A DNA stretch of 27,591 nucleotides from a virus (taxonomy: Duplodnaviria > Heunggongvirae > Uroviricota > Caudoviricetes), in the IMG/VR virus record IMGVR_UViG_2645727640_000023; one strand, 5' to 3'. Both the position numbers and the translations under genes were made by a program. Within the stretch, counting starts at the first letter, position 1. Each line of letters begins with the position of its first letter. Under the pieces are notes generated by a model. It was not told the origin of the DNA and ran no database searches. It saw only the letters and a list, made by a program, of their open reading frames with translations. Shown piece after piece: positions 1 to 10,542 of the stretch.

Positions 1-570
1 CGCGCCGTTCTGGTTTTTCTGTAATGCGCCAGAAGCCTGATTTACCGTTTCCTGCAAACCGAGGTTTTGGATAAACAGCGGCTTATTGGGAATATCTGCT
101 CCGTTCCGGTCTTTTGCCAGACGGGCACTGGCATTATCCATCGCAATTTTCACCGCTTTTGCGGTGGCTGCCAGCGTTTCACTGGGGCTGTCAGTGGCAC
201 TGGTTAGCTGAACGAGTCCTTTTTTGTTCAGGCTGGCATCATAAATATCCAGATTTTCACGTGCTGTACGCTGTGCTGATGCCCCGGCAGTTTTAATTTC
301 GCTGAGGTTATTTTTTATCAGCAGTGCGTTATTGCTCATAATGGCTTTAATGGACAGTGCAAGCTGGTTTAATTTTGTTTTATCCGGTTGAATACCGGCT
401 TCTTCCAGCGTGTTTAATAACTCCGCCTGCACAATATTAAACCAGTCCATGCCGGGCCATGTGATAACATTATTCCCGTCACCTTCTGAAAACCAGCGAA
501 CGATAGCACTACGCTGGGCGGATACGGGCGGCATGACGGTTACGCCGCTGTCGTTATCAATATAAAACAT
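1..570 (-). CDS. S: Tail fiber protein, N-terminal 190 codons only (gene runs off the window start)
   Basis: ATG at 570-568 overlaps the TAA of the upstream gene (TAATG). My translation of the minus strand stays open to position 1: MFYIDNDSGVTVMPPVSAQRSAIVRWFSEG...KKGLVQLTSATDSPSETLAATAKAVKIAMDNA, containing the SAT..SETLAAT.KAVK motif seen in P2 gpH-type fibers. Absent from the ORF track because there is no stop inside the window. Confidence 0.8.
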   Translation of the reverse strand, partial: MFYIDNDSGVTVMPPVSAQRSAIVRWFSEGDGNNVITWPGMDWFNIVQAELLNTLEEAGIQPDKTKLNQLALSIKAIMSNNALLIKNNLSEIKTAGASAQRTARENLDIYDASLNKKGLVQLTSATDSPSETLAATAKAVKIAMDNASARLAKDRNGADIPNKPLFIQNLGLQETVNQASGALQKNQNGA

Positions 571-1112
571 TAGTTATCTCCGTCATGGTAAACAAATTTA
601 TAAATCTGATGCGCGGGTTTATATTTCTCCAGTAAACATTCCAGCGCACCCGATTCATAAACACGTAACGGCGTCAGAACATTATCCAGCACCGTTGCGT
701 TGCGATAATTTTTAATACCGTAAATATTGACCTGCGTAACCCACTGGCCTTCTGTGGAATCCGTCAGCCTGACGGTAAAACCGTACTGCGCAGCCAGCCA
801 TTCATAAAAGCGCCGACTCAGATTGCCGGTCATACGCATTTTATTCGCGGCAGCCCGCTGGCGTTCGGACAGGGTGCCGTTTTCGCTGGTACAGTCCGGC
901 AACCCCAGAAATGATTCCCACTCCCCCAGATACCAGCGGGATGTGGACGGGAAACGCTCCCGCAGCATTTGCCGCGCATCATCCGCCGCAGTGGCAATCA
1001 CGTCGCTGATGGCCTGCGCCAGCGCAGATAATTTGCTGTCGGGGCTTTTATTCCAGGCAAGCCCTGACGGCAGTAATTGCAGAAAGGCCGTCTGATAGGG
1101 TGTTACAGCCAT
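570..1112 (-). CDS. R: Baseplate/tail protein (Mu gp48-like, P2 gpI-like)
   Basis: ORF track 180 aa (MAVTPYQTAFLQLLPSGLAWNK...); sits between the baseplate J-like gene and the tail fiber gene; start overlaps the upstream stop. Confidence 0.8.
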   Translation of the reverse strand: MAVTPYQTAFLQLLPSGLAWNKSPDSKLSALAQAISDVIATAADDARQMLRERFPSTSRWYLGEWESFLGLPDCTSENGTLSERQRAAANKMRMTGNLSRRFYEWLAAQYGFTVRLTDSTEGQWVTQVNIYGIKNYRNATVLDNVLTPLRVYESGALECLLEKYKPAHQIYKFVYHDGDN

Positions 1113-2185
1113 TCAATTGTCCCCGGTGTTAACAGTTCCGTATTCTCCGAACGCTGGATCTCTGTCGGGAAACGCACTTCAAAATCATCCAGACCGGTAA
1201 CACCTGCCACCGCACGGATAATACGGGAGGGGGCAAGTGCGCCGCCCGGCGTCACCTCATTAAAAAACATGGTATTAATGGCGTGGGTAATAGCCTGTTT
1301 CAGTTCGGCTGTCTTCGGTGATATATAAATCCGTGGATTTACCGGCTTTGCCTTTGGCGCAAATACAGTGACATTTACACCGTCAGGCTGTCCGACAATC
1401 AGACCGGTGATCGGGTCAGTATGACCGGCGATATAATCCGCCACGCGTTCCACGTCTGCCGGTTGTGGAAAAATATTGCTCCGGTTATCCATAACAAACG
1501 TCACCCCGACTGTGCCACCGCCTTTCCATGTCGGAAAACACCAGGCACGGGTAACGCCGCTGACTTCACGCGCCCAGCGAACATAATCAAACTGATTACC
1601 GCCGAACGGAGGATACTGGACACGATATTCCAGCCGTGACAGCAGCTCCGCTGCACTCTCAATATCAGCCCCACCGGAAAACCCTTTTACAGTGATGGCA
1701 TCGGAAACAACACAGGCAACCGGGGTGATCAACGTTAAAAGGGTATTCTCACCGGTATTTCCTGCTTCACCGGCAGCCAGTGCGGTAACGGTAATTTCCG
1801 TCGTTCCTGCACGGTCAATCACAATGGCATCAGCCAGGCTGTAAACCACACCATCAGCACGCTGCCAGCGTGTACCGGCAGGAATGGTGGTCGCTGCCGA
1901 TGTGGTGACAGTCAGCGGGCCGCTGGCGGCTGTCGCCTGTTTGCGGCGCACGCCCCAGAACCGGCAGTGCTCCAGCAACTCATCTTCATCTGCTGTCGAC
2001 GGGATAATCTGCCGTCCAACCCATGAAATATGCTCGTGACAACCGGCAGCAAGGCCCGCCTGAGCATAAGCAATGGCACTCAGCGTTTTTTCACGGGCCT
2101 GAGGCCAGCTACCCGGCAGGCGCTGTTCATTATTCTGTTCTGTACGGGCAATCAGCGATGATAATGTCGGTGGTGAATAAGCCAT
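1103..2185 (-). CDS. W: Baseplate J-like protein (Mu gp47-like)
   Basis: ORF track 360 aa; size and position between the gp46-like and gp48-like genes match the Mu baseplate block. Confidence 0.8.
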   Translation of the reverse strand: MAYSPPTLSSLIARTEQNNEQRLPGSWPQAREKTLSAIAYAQAGLAAGCHEHISWVGRQIIPSTADEDELLEHCRFWGVRRKQATAASGPLTVTTSAATTIPAGTRWQRADGVVYSLADAIVIDRAGTTEITVTALAAGEAGNTGENTLLTLITPVACVVSDAITVKGFSGGADIESAAELLSRLEYRVQYPPFGGNQFDYVRWAREVSGVTRAWCFPTWKGGGTVGVTFVMDNRSNIFPQPADVERVADYIAGHTDPITGLIVGQPDGVNVTVFAPKAKPVNPRIYISPKTAELKQAITHAINTMFFNEVTPGGALAPSRIIRAVAGVTGLDDFEVRFPTEIQRSENTELLTPGTIEWL

Positions 2186-2623
2186 TTAAACCCCGTTAAA
2201 TGCTGCTTTAAACTCATAAGGAATAACGGAACCATCCGGTAATGTCAGTGCAATGTAGAGGTATAACCAGCCCTGATGTAACTGTTCCGCTCTGACGTTA
2301 ATCGCACTTACCCGGCCCGCTGTTTTCAGCCATTCCAGCGCCTCTTCGGCATACCCTCTGGCGCGTTCCAGCGTATCCGGTGTGGCTTTTTCACGTGATA
2401 ACAGCCACAACCGCGAACCGATGGGGCGGTCGCGGTAACTGTCACCCCACCATCCACGGCGATCATCTGAACCATCCGGCAGCGTGTCAGAATCCAGCGC
2501 GCGCCGGTCTGTAAACAGGGAGATTGTCACATCGGTTGTCAGGCTGTCGTCGGTCAGCATATCAATGCCATCCTGTGCAATATCGCCGCGTCCGTTCGTC
2601 CAGATAATGGCTAAATCGGTCAT
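2186..2623 (-). CDS. V: Baseplate protein (Mu gp46-like, lysozyme-fold gpW/gp25 family)
   Basis: ORF track 145 aa; tightly packed between the spike and J-like genes (stop/start adjacent at 2185/2186). Confidence 0.75.
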   Translation of the reverse strand: MTDLAIIWTNGRGDIAQDGIDMLTDDSLTTDVTISLFTDRRALDSDTLPDGSDDRRGWWGDSYRDRPIGSRLWLLSREKATPDTLERARGYAEEALEWLKTAGRVSAINVRAEQLHQGWLYLYIALTLPDGSVIPYEFKAAFNGV

Positions 2624-3213
2624 TGCATTGGCCCCGTGGTTCCGCCGCTGTCGCCACGGTGGATATGCTTATCCGTCGATTTGCCATTGATGATGGCATC
2701 CGGGGCAGTAATATTGCTGTCGAACTGGCTTTTACCTTTAACGCCCAGACCTTTCTGGATCTCAACGTCGCCGGTAAACGTGGTTCTGGGTGTGTCAACG
2801 GTCATTCTTTCATCAGCGTAAACCTCAACCGTTTTACAGGTAATGATGCAGCGTCCGTCCTTTGTCAGCCTGATACGATGCCCCTCGTGGTGGTAAATGC
2901 CTGCATCACCCGGTTCAAGATTTGTCGGGCGGTAGCGGCGGTCTTCCACCACAACGGCAATCCCCTGATCACGTTGTGCGCCTACACAGGCAATCAGCGC
3001 CTCTGCTCCCGGCAGGGGAACGCTGAAATGCCCGTAATTTTGCAGGCGCTCCACTTCATCAGATTCCTCATCATCCAGCAGGCCGACCTGCAGGTTCTGA
3101 ACCTTTCGCCCGTCGTTAATCACGTTAACAACAGCGCGCGCAAGCATCAGGCGCACACGACGCATCAGCGGCGTCAGCAGGCGGTTCAGGGCGGAATCAT
3201 TTACTCTTTCCAC
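2620..3213 (-). CDS. Q: Baseplate central spike protein (Mu gp45-like)
   Basis: ORF track 197 aa ([32 protein letters not shown]...); typical spike length; overlaps neighbours by 4 and 13 nt. Confidence 0.8.
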   Translation of the reverse strand: MERVNDSALNRLLTPLMRRVRLMLARAVVNVINDGRKVQNLQVGLLDDEESDEVERLQNYGHFSVPLPGAEALIACVGAQRDQGIAVVVEDRRYRPTNLEPGDAGIYHHEGHRIRLTKDGRCIITCKTVEVYADERMTVDTPRTTFTGDVEIQKGLGVKGKSQFDSNITAPDAIINGKSTDKHIHRGDSGGTTGPMQ

Positions 3214-4340
3214 GGCGGCGTTTTCTCCGGGTGTCTGCGATAATAATCTTCAACCAGCGCATCAATACCGCCGTTACTGTCGCCGCCTTTCCTGTTTTTA
3301 CGGTCGCTTTCAACCGGCACCAGAAAGCCTTCGCGTGGTGCAAGGCTGACGCGGGTTTTCAGCCCGTCCTGGTCATTCAGTATCAGGGTGACTTTGCTGA
3401 CCAGTAATTCCGTGGTTTTGATGGCATATTTCGAGGCATCAATAGTGACCAGCAGGTTCGGCATCCAGAGTTGCCCGTCCTTGCGAGTCCATCCGTCAAT
3501 TTCAGCCTCAAAGGTGATGGATTTTGCCAGTCTGCGGCGTTGCTCACGCAGGGCGCGGGCCTGTGCATCCTTCGCCGTAATTTTGCTGTCAGCAATGATG
3601 ATCATCGGTCTGTAACGGGTTACATCACTGTCAGTGGCGGTCCCTTTCCGGGAGACGATACTTTTCGCATCAATATCATCACCCTCAGCACCGTTTGCGC
3701 GGGCATACCCCTTGACGGTGTATTCGCTGAACCGGTCGCGGAAGTCTTCCTCAAAATCCAGTGTCAGCAGATTTTCTCCGAGAACCAGCTCATCAGTGGC
3801 TGTGCTGGCAGCCCGGCTGAATACCAGCTCTCCTGCGGCATTGCTGGTCATCAGTACACCGCGTGCGCGGGAGGCACGCACCAGCGCCTCATAAACGGTT
3901 TCTGAATGGTCCAGCGTGAAGCCGGGAAAAGCTGCCGAACTTTCCTTATCGGAAAGCTCCCAGCGAACGGTAACGCCATAAGGAGCGCACAGGTCACGCG
4001 CAATCTGCTCCAGTGTGCGGTTTTTCCACTGTCCGCCACTGTAAACGGCAGCACAGTCAATCAGGTCAGCCGTTTTGTCACGTCCGGCGATAGTGATTTT
4101 CATGCTGTCAGCGGTCATCTGGCGTCGCCGCGAATCGATATAACCGGTGCAGACAATCTGCCCGTCGATTTCCAGCGTGAACGCCTTCCCCGGTGCCAGC
4201 CCGGATAAATCTGTACCCGGTGGCACATTCACCCCCAGCTCAAAATATCCGGCTACGGATTCAATGGAGCGGGTGACAGAGACTGACGTCCAGCCGGTAA
4301 AAAGCCTGCCATCCGTTCGCAGCGTGACGGTATTACTCAT
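3201..4340 (-). CDS. P: Baseplate hub / late-control gpD-like tail protein (Mu gp44-like)
   Basis: ORF track 379 aa ([36 protein letters not shown]...); immediately downstream of N, as in Mu. Confidence 0.85.
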   Translation of the reverse strand: MSNTVTLRTDGRLFTGWTSVSVTRSIESVAGYFELGVNVPPGTDLSGLAPGKAFTLEIDGQIVCTGYIDSRRRQMTADSMKITIAGRDKTADLIDCAAVYSGGQWKNRTLEQIARDLCAPYGVTVRWELSDKESSAAFPGFTLDHSETVYEALVRASRARGVLMTSNAAGELVFSRAASTATDELVLGENLLTLDFEEDFRDRFSEYTVKGYARANGAEGDDIDAKSIVSRKGTATDSDVTRYRPMIIIADSKITAKDAQARALREQRRRLAKSITFEAEIDGWTRKDGQLWMPNLLVTIDASKYAIKTTELLVSKVTLILNDQDGLKTRVSLAPREGFLVPVESDRKNRKGGDSNGGIDALVEDYYRRHPEKTPPWKE

Positions 4341-5820
4341 TAATCACCTCAATACTGACACCACCGGGAACAAACAACGGGTTGCTGATACCGTTCCTGC
4401 GGGCCAGCCGTTGCCAGTTCCGGCTGTTTCCTGTGTAACGGTACAGAGCCACCATTGCAGGCATCGTCTCCGGCAGGCGGTGCGTTTCACTGCCTGCCAG
4501 TTGCAGCCCGCGTTTTTCCAGGTCGGCAACAACCAGCAGACGCAGTTGCGTAAGCTGAACGCTGTCTGTCGAAAAGCCCTGCTCAGATGCCGTCAGAATG
4601 ACGGTATCCAGCGCTGCCCCCAGCATGGCGGCTGTTTTTCCGATATCGGACACACTTTCAAATACCGGGGGCGTGGCTGTACCACTGTCTGAAAAGGATA
4701 CCTGTGAAAAGCCGCCGTCCGGGGTTATGGCAGTTAACTGTAACTGTCCCTGTGTGACGGTAGCGGATGTGCTGCTGGCCCCGCTGGCTGTGCCGGTTGT
4801 GGTGGACGGGGCATCCAGTACAGGTGCACGGGCGGCATTATCCATCCGGCGACTGAAATCCAGTGCCGCAGTCAGTGCCTGGCTTGCTGCCTCCGCCCGG
4901 TATGTCTGTGCTGCTGCCAGCATGACGTAGTTCAGTGTGGCAATATTTTTTTCTGCAACCGGACTGTTGTACGAGGTTGTGATTGTCCCCTGTCTGCCTG
5001 CGGTGGCGGCATGGCGACGTTCGAATCGCTGCGCCAGACGGTTCCATGTGGAAAATGCTGTCCGGGTATCGCATAACGATGAAACGCCGGACAGCGCCCC
5101 CATCAGCGAGGAGGCCAGCATGGCAGGCTGGTTAATCAGGCTGGTCACAGAGCCTTTCATCGCAGAAAGCGATCCCATCAGACCGCTGACAGTCTGCGTA
5201 ACCCCCAGATTGTCCACCGCATCACTGATATCATCGATGACACCGGTTACAGCTTCCATCACGGCGGTTGCCGCCGCAGTGCCATCTTTTACGGTCTGCC
5301 AGACAGAGGACAGCGTATCTCCCAGAGAACCGGTTACAGCAACGGCCTGTGCCGGTACGGCTGCACTGGTGTCTGTCTCTGAGTCCGGGGCAGTATCCTG
5401 CAACGACGGATAAACGGTAACGGTGAACGCGTAATAATTCAGTTCATCCGCTTTAGTGCGGCATTCCCATGAATCCACCATGACGTCCACAGTGCCGAAA
5501 TCAGGATGTACCAGCTCACCGCTACCCGGAGCATCAAGAGCATCCATCAGCGCACCCGCTTCATCTCTGGCTGTTTCTGCGTTGCTGTTCAGAATGCAGG
5601 CGCTGAATGTACGGGAGCGAAGCTTTTTCCCCAGGTCATTGACGCCGCCGGTATCACGTAACGGGTACTCGCGTTTAACCAGGCGACGTCCGCCAGCCTG
5701 TTTTTGCTCCTCGATGACGAGAAACGGCACGTTACGAAACGTGCCTTTGCCGGTTGTTTTCTTACCACCGCTGATTTTATCCCGGACAGCATTAACGGCA
5801 TTTAAAGCATCTTCAAACAT
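4333..5820 (-). CDS. N: DNA circularization protein N-like tail protein (Mu gp43-like)
   Basis: ORF track 495 aa; Ala/Ser/Thr-rich; directly downstream of the tape measure gene. Confidence 0.8.
   Translation of the reverse strand: MFEDALNAVNAVRDKISGGKKTTGKGTFRNVPFLVIEEQKQAGGRRLVKREYPLRDTGGVNDLGKKLRSRTFSACILNSNAETARDEAGALMDALDAPGSGELVHPDFGTVDVMVDSWECRTKADELNYYAFTVTVYPSLQDTAPDSETDTSAAVPAQAVAVTGSLGDTLSSVWQTVKDGTAAATAVMEAVTGVIDDISDAVDNLGVTQTVSGLMGSLSAMKGSVTSLINQPAMLASSLMGALSGVSSLCDTRTAFSTWNRLAQRFERRHAATAGRQGTITTSYNSPVAEKNIATLNYVMLAAAQTYRAEAASQALTAALDFSRRMDNAARAPVLDAPSTTTGTASGASSTSATVTQGQLQLTAITPDGGFSQVSFSDSGTATPPVFESVSDIGKTAAMLGAALDTVILTASEQGFSTDSVQLTQLRLLVVADLEKRGLQLAGSETHRLPETMPAMVALYRYTGNSRNWQRLARRNGISNPLFVPGGVSIEVINE
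4700..4735 (-). promoter_or_regulatory. Candidate third late promoter motif (P_P) embedded in the 3' part of gene N
   Basis: Minus strand CCATAACCCCGGAC (plus 4721-4730 = ggggttatgg) matches the P_lys and P_I motif and lies about 380 nt upstream of the P gene start. A similar short match also occurs inside F near 15201, so chance is not excluded. Confidence 0.3.
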
Positions 5821-5824
5821 GGTT

Positions 5825-7897
5825 TTACCAGCCTGTAATGTAGTTATCGCCCGCGTAAATATTCAGCCCCATACCGTCCTCGGTGACGCGGGAACTGGTC
5901 AGACGTAACCCCTCGGCAAGTTCGACGCGCAGCGAGGCTTCCGCATTCACTTTTTGTTCCTGCGGTTCCTTATCCGGGGCCGTCCATTTCTGATACAGGT
6001 CGGTTACAAAACCGCCCAGATACTCCCCGGCGACACTGCCCAGCGTGGCACCGGCAACCGTACCCAGCGGTCCGGCAAGGCTGCCAACGGCACCGCCGAG
6101 CCATGCACCGGCTGTACTGCCAATTGCGCCTGCTTTTTCATGGGTTGACGCCTGCTCATCCATCAGGACGGGGGCAAGCTGGAGTGCCCCCATTACCGGG
6201 CCACCCAGACGTGACAACGCACGACCGGCACCTTTCCCCATCCAGCCCAGCGCCCCGGCACCTTTTGTCACAACCCGACCGATCGCACTGCCTGCAAGTT
6301 TGTTTCCGATACCGGAAAACCACCCGCCAACAGCACGCCCGGCATCAGCCAGCTTTCCGACCGTTCCCGTAACCAGTTGCCCGGCAGCACTGCCTGCAAG
6401 CCTGCTCAGAAGACCGGATTTACCGGGTAAAGGTAATGGTGCAGGCCGTGCTGTTACCGGTACGCCGGGTGGCGGTAATGCCAGTACAGGGCGTGGTGCA
6501 GGTAATGCCAGCGGCTGTGGCCCGGACAGCAATAACGGCTGGCGGGGTAACAGCGGGGCCATTCTTCCGCCGCTCCGTCCGCGACGACCGCCGCCACTCC
6601 CGTAGCCACCAAATCCACGGGGCCAGTTGATGACAAACACACGCTGAATGCCGATACCCTGCAACAGCGTCTCAGACGTCATGGCATCCGGGACCGGCAG
6701 ACCTGCCTGCCCACGTTTGCGGTTTCGCATCCAGCGCCACATACGACGCCCGGTTTTAAACGGATAACTGGCAACCTGCCATGAGGGTTTTGCCACGGCC
6801 CAGCCTGCTCTCAGGGCTTTATTGGCAAGCCAGACAGACACCAGAACAGCAGCCAGTTTTTTCAGGCTGACAATATTCTGGTCAACCCATGCCAGCGCAT
6901 CTTTACCCGGTTTCAGCCAGCGCCATAATTCCTGCGCCGCGATTTTTACCGTTCTGAACGTGGTCAGAAATTTCTGACCAATGTTTTCTGCCAGTGCGTC
7001 AAGTTCCCCGGATTTATCCGCCATGTCGTGCCAGTTAAGCACCCGGCGCATCTCGTTCTTGATTTCTTCAAAGGGGCCGCTGTTTGCCACCTTTATGCGA
7101 AATTCAAGCAGGTTAGCTTCCATCTGGGCGAACATCCCGTCCCAGGAGTTCATCGCACTGGCCTGTGCACCTTTTGACTGTTCTGACAGCGTTCTGAATA
7201 CCGTCAGAATGGATTTCAGACCCAGCTTGCCTTTTTCACCTTGTTTGCGGATATCCTTAACGTCTTTACCCAGTGCATCCGCCAGCGTCTGGTAAACGTT
7301 AATACCGTAACCGGTCAGCAGGTTGGCATCCGCCGCCGTGATTTGCTGGCGGGCAAACATCTGTTTCAGTTGCAGTGAGGCACCCTGTGCAGTGGGTAAA
7401 TCCCAGCCGTGCATGGCCCCCTGATCCTGCAACATGGTGATGAACTGTTTCGTCTGTTCATCCGTCATGCCGAAGCCTTTCGACGAACGGATCTCATCCA
7501 GAACACCACTCAGCCCCCACGTGGTGTCCTTCGCGTTCTGCTTTGCCCAGGCCATCATGGCCTGCGCTCTGACCTTATCGCCGTGATACAGCAAGTTCAT
7601 GGCGATAATTTGCTGCTCACGCTGGGCGGCTGCACCAATAAACAGTTTATTGGCGGTGTAACCCACACCAGCGATACCCAGCGCCCCGGCTGACAGCATT
7701 CGGAATGTACGGGTTGACAGTGAACCCATTCTGTCAATGGCACCAGAAACGCGCACAACCTCCATACGCAGGGCACGAAGGGAACTTTGTCCGCTACGGG
7801 ACAGGGCGTTTATCTGGTTCGAATACTGGCGGGAACGCCGGGAAAGATTGCCATTAAGATCAATAATGACAGACGCCTTTAAGCGTTTCCCGGTCAT
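5825..7897 (-). CDS. Y: Tail tape measure protein (Mu gp42-like)
   Basis: ORF track 690 aa; long helical N-terminal half, then a Pro-rich segment (residues ~447-492) and Gly-rich GxxxG-type repeats (~493-630); AGGAAA Shine-Dalgarno 8 nt upstream of ATG 7897. Confidence 0.85.
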   Translation of the reverse strand: MTGKRLKASVIIDLNGNLSRRSRQYSNQINALSRSGQSSLRALRMEVVRVSGAIDRMGSLSTRTFRMLSAGALGIAGVGYTANKLFIGAAAQREQQIIAMNLLYHGDKVRAQAMMAWAKQNAKDTTWGLSGVLDEIRSSKGFGMTDEQTKQFITMLQDQGAMHGWDLPTAQGASLQLKQMFARQQITAADANLLTGYGINVYQTLADALGKDVKDIRKQGEKGKLGLKSILTVFRTLSEQSKGAQASAMNSWDGMFAQMEANLLEFRIKVANSGPFEEIKNEMRRVLNWHDMADKSGELDALAENIGQKFLTTFRTVKIAAQELWRWLKPGKDALAWVDQNIVSLKKLAAVLVSVWLANKALRAGWAVAKPSWQVASYPFKTGRRMWRWMRNRKRGQAGLPVPDAMTSETLLQGIGIQRVFVINWPRGFGGYGSGGGRRGRSGGRMAPLLPRQPLLLSGPQPLALPAPRPVLALPPPGVPVTARPAPLPLPGKSGLLSRLAGSAAGQLVTGTVGKLADAGRAVGGWFSGIGNKLAGSAIGRVVTKGAGALGWMGKGAGRALSRLGGPVMGALQLAPVLMDEQASTHEKAGAIGSTAGAWLGGAVGSLAGPLGTVAGATLGSVAGEYLGGFVTDLYQKWTAPDKEPQEQKVNAEASLRVELAEGLRLTSSRVTEDGMGLNIYAGDNYITGW

Positions 7898-7911
7898 AGA
7901 GATTTCCTGAT

Positions 7912-8079
7912 TTAACGGTGATATTGAGAGAGGGTTTTAGCCTGCTGGCAGTGCCGGAAAAAGCGGGACAGCGGGAGGGATAAGGCCCATTCCGGGCCAC
8001 TTTTCAGAATAACGCCAATCGCTGTCGCCGCTTTCTCAATATCATTCCGGCACCGCAGCCACTCGCCCCCGTTCTTGTG
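7912..8079 (-). other. Candidate +1 frameshift extension of the tail chaperone gene (55 open codons bridging its 3' end to the tape measure start)
   Basis: The +1 frame relative to the chaperone is open from 8079 to a TAA at 7914-7912, 14 nt before the tape measure ATG; possible shift site GGG-CGA within the run CGGGGGCGAG (8071-8062). Confidence 0.3.
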
Positions 8080-8476
8080 TCAGCGATGCCGCCACAGCCA
8101 TGTCGTACATTTCTGTAGCCAGCGACAGACGCTGGAAGTCATCAACAGACAGCTTGCGCATCAGCGCCAGCGATAACGGGCCTTTGATGCAACCCACGCT
8201 GGCAATCTGTCGGCGCAGCATTTCCAGTCCCATCCGGGACGGGGAACTGACCAGCACCGGGCCTTCCTTGCTCATTACCAGCTTTTCAGCAGCCGCCTGG
8301 GCATCAATCAGATCGCCTGCGGTCAGTTCACGCAGCGTCACGTCATACTGCATTTCAGTCTCGTCACCGGTGCCGAACGGCAGGCCGTCTTTCAGTTTCA
8401 GCACGCCGGACTGAATTTCTGCCACAATGCTGTCATGCAGTTCCTGTGCTTCAGGACCTAAATTCATTTCGTCCAT
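8042..8476 (-). CDS. Tail assembly chaperone candidate (Mu gp41-like)
   Basis: ORF track 144 aa, acidic (MDEMNLGPEAQELHDSIVAEIQ...); lies between tube and tape measure genes, the usual chaperone position. Confidence 0.7.
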   Translation of the reverse strand: MDEMNLGPEAQELHDSIVAEIQSGVLKLKDGLPFGTGDETEMQYDVTLRELTAGDLIDAQAAAEKLVMSKEGPVLVSSPSRMGLEMLRRQIASVGCIKGPLSLALMRKLSVDDFQRLSLATEMYDMAVAASLTQERGRVAAVPE

Positions 8477-8485
8477 TGTTTCCCC

Positions 8486-8842
8486 TTATGCAATGCGTTT
8501 GCTTTGTTTTGCCATCAGTACCAGCGAAATTTCGCCGCCGTCGTTTTTCGGTTCATCTGCCTGCCAGGCATTCGCCATCATCCAGGTTTCACCGGTGTCT
8601 GCCTGAAACTCTGCCGTGATGTTTTCCCAGCCGATGATTTCATCCAGACCGATATCACCACCGCCCGGAATTTTGCATTCCAGCTTTGCGGCACGTGGTT
8701 TACCTTTCCAGCCATAAACCCGCGAGCCGGTCACTTCTTCACGGGTGATACCGGAAGGCGTGAAGGAGGCACCTTCCATCGTTTCAAGCTCCATGCCATT
8801 GACACGGATGAACGCCACCCCCTGACGCTGATTTCCAGCCAT
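8486..8842 (-). CDS. M: Tail tube protein
   Basis: ORF track 118 aa; immediately downstream of the sheath gene. Confidence 0.85.
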   Translation of the reverse strand: MAGNQRQGVAFIRVNGMELETMEGASFTPSGITREEVTGSRVYGWKGKPRAAKLECKIPGGGDIGLDEIIGWENITAEFQADTGETWMMANAWQADEPKNDGGEISLVLMAKQSKRIA

Positions 8843-8851
8843 AAATGCTCC

Positions 8852-10339
8852 TTACAGAATGAACTGAACTTGTGCCGCGAAAATGCGGAACTGGTTAATC
8901 AGATTCGGGCCGCAAAGCACATCAAGACGGTCTTTGTCGTCCTTGTTACGTGCCACATACAGCTCCTCTTTGAACGTGTCGAAATCCTCGACCAGTCCGG
9001 CGTTTTCCCATTCTTCAAACAGTGCCAGCAGCTCCGTTTTGATCACGGATGGCGTCACCACGGCCTGACCGGTGGCAAAGCGGGTGCCATCACTTGCCAG
9101 CTTGTAGTTCGGGAATTTCTGCGTGATGCGGGTTCGCAGTGAATAACGCAGATAACTCAGCGTGGCGATGGTATTCACGTTCAGATAAGACGGATCACTG
9201 TCACCGTACTTGTTTGTGCGGTACATCGTGATCATGCGTTCAATCTGCATTTCACCACCATCATTCACGTTAAACGTGGAGATGCCGTCAAACAGCAGCG
9301 CATTACGTTCTGACCAGGTGAAACGATCCCCCACCGCAGGCGGCATTCTTCCGGGCAACGTCAGCGTCTGGAGAGGACGCGCCGGGTCGATGGAAAGCGC
9401 CTGGCTGGCAACGGCACACAGTGTGGCGGCGTACAGATATGACGGTTCCGGTGCACCGGCAATCCCCATACAGGAGATCAGATGATCATTACGACTGACA
9501 CCAAACGTGGAAATATCCCCACACGTGCCGGACAGCACTGTCACAGCAAAGCCATCAGCCTGATTGACCGGTCCCCAGCGTTCCTGCAATTCAGTGCGTA
9601 ACAGATTCAGGTTCGGTTCATCGGTATAGGGCATCACAATATATTTGTATTGCAGATCGCCCATTCCCGCGATACTTGCGCTGATATCCGGGTTGCCATT
9701 TTTACCGGAGGCGGCTTTGAATGCCGTGATAATCCCGTAAGGGGTGGTTTCACCCGCGTAATAGTTCCAGCGCACATCCACGGCAGATAATGCACCCGTA
9801 AATTTTGCACTCAGAACCACATCTGCATGGGTGTCATCATCTCCGCTGTCTGCGCGAACTTCTGCCGTCACCGGTAAATCCGGCTGGCCTTTGATTCGGG
9901 CAACCAGCAGGTCAGCCAGCGCAGCCCCTTTTGTACCTGCTGCGACGGATACCGCCAGTCGCTGACCGGCAATATAGGTCACAAGCGAGCCGTTTTCGCC
10001 TGCCGTTCCTGACAGTGAGATTTCACCGACAGCAGCATTACCGGTGCCGTTTCCCTGCGGGATACACCACAGCTCCGCCACGCGGTTAGCGTTCAGGAAT
10101 GCATCTGCCATCAGTGCCAGCATGGAACCCTGACCAAACGCCGCACTGGCCTGTGAGCCGGAACGGATACGGACAGGCACGTTCGGTGCGGCACTGGCTT
10201 TACTTCCGCTTTGCCCGAACATCAGCACGCGCTGGCGGGGAGCCGGTGTTCCGCTGACGGCATTGCTGTTATCAAATTCGATATACGTCAGAGGAACGCG
10301 AACATCTGACGGGATCGCGTTAAATGAAATATCGCTCAT
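8852..10339 (-). CDS. L: Contractile tail sheath protein
   Basis: ORF track 495 aa ([27 protein letters not shown]...); sheath-sized, followed by the tube gene. Confidence 0.9.
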   Translation of the reverse strand: MSDISFNAIPSDVRVPLTYIEFDNSNAVSGTPAPRQRVLMFGQSGSKASAAPNVPVRIRSGSQASAAFGQGSMLALMADAFLNANRVAELWCIPQGNGTGNAAVGEISLSGTAGENGSLVTYIAGQRLAVSVAAGTKGAALADLLVARIKGQPDLPVTAEVRADSGDDDTHADVVLSAKFTGALSAVDVRWNYYAGETTPYGIITAFKAASGKNGNPDISASIAGMGDLQYKYIVMPYTDEPNLNLLRTELQERWGPVNQADGFAVTVLSGTCGDISTFGVSRNDHLISCMGIAGAPEPSYLYAATLCAVASQALSIDPARPLQTLTLPGRMPPAVGDRFTWSERNALLFDGISTFNVNDGGEMQIERMITMYRTNKYGDSDPSYLNVNTIATLSYLRYSLRTRITQKFPNYKLASDGTRFATGQAVVTPSVIKTELLALFEEWENAGLVEDFDTFKEELYVARNKDDKDRLDVLCGPNLINQFRIFAAQVQFIL

Positions 10340-10542
10340 TTCGATTTACTCCGTTTTTTCGGCGCAGCGTCGGTATCATCCGCCGTGTTTTCGGTGCTCC
10401 CGACTTCAACCACATCACCGGCTGCAAGGCGACGTATCCAGAAACTGTTACGGGGCTTTTCTTCTCCCTCCGGAGCCAGTAATTTCATCGTGAGCGGGTC
10501 ACGGATGGCTTTTCCCGCTGCGGGTTTAATTTTCAGCATCAT
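10336..10542 (-). CDS. Small protein upstream of sheath (Mu gp38-like), function unknown
   Basis: ORF track 68 aa with lysine-rich C-terminus; stop overlaps the sheath start (ATGA junction). Confidence 0.65.
   Translation of the reverse strand: MMLKIKPAAGKAIRDPLTMKLLAPEGEEKPRNSFWIRRLAAGDVVEVGSTENTADDTDAAPKKRSKSK

Noticed and set aside
114-296. 60-aa plus-strand ORF at the window start
   Set aside because: It lies antisense within the tail fiber coding sequence and has a Trp/His-rich composition typical of a shadow frame.
8003-8048. Conventional -1 frameshift extension of the tail chaperone gene
   Set aside because: The -1 frame runs only 13 codons past the chaperone stop (MILRKRRQRLALF) before a TGA, so it cannot give a substantial extension. 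The +1 frame is reported instead as a candidate.
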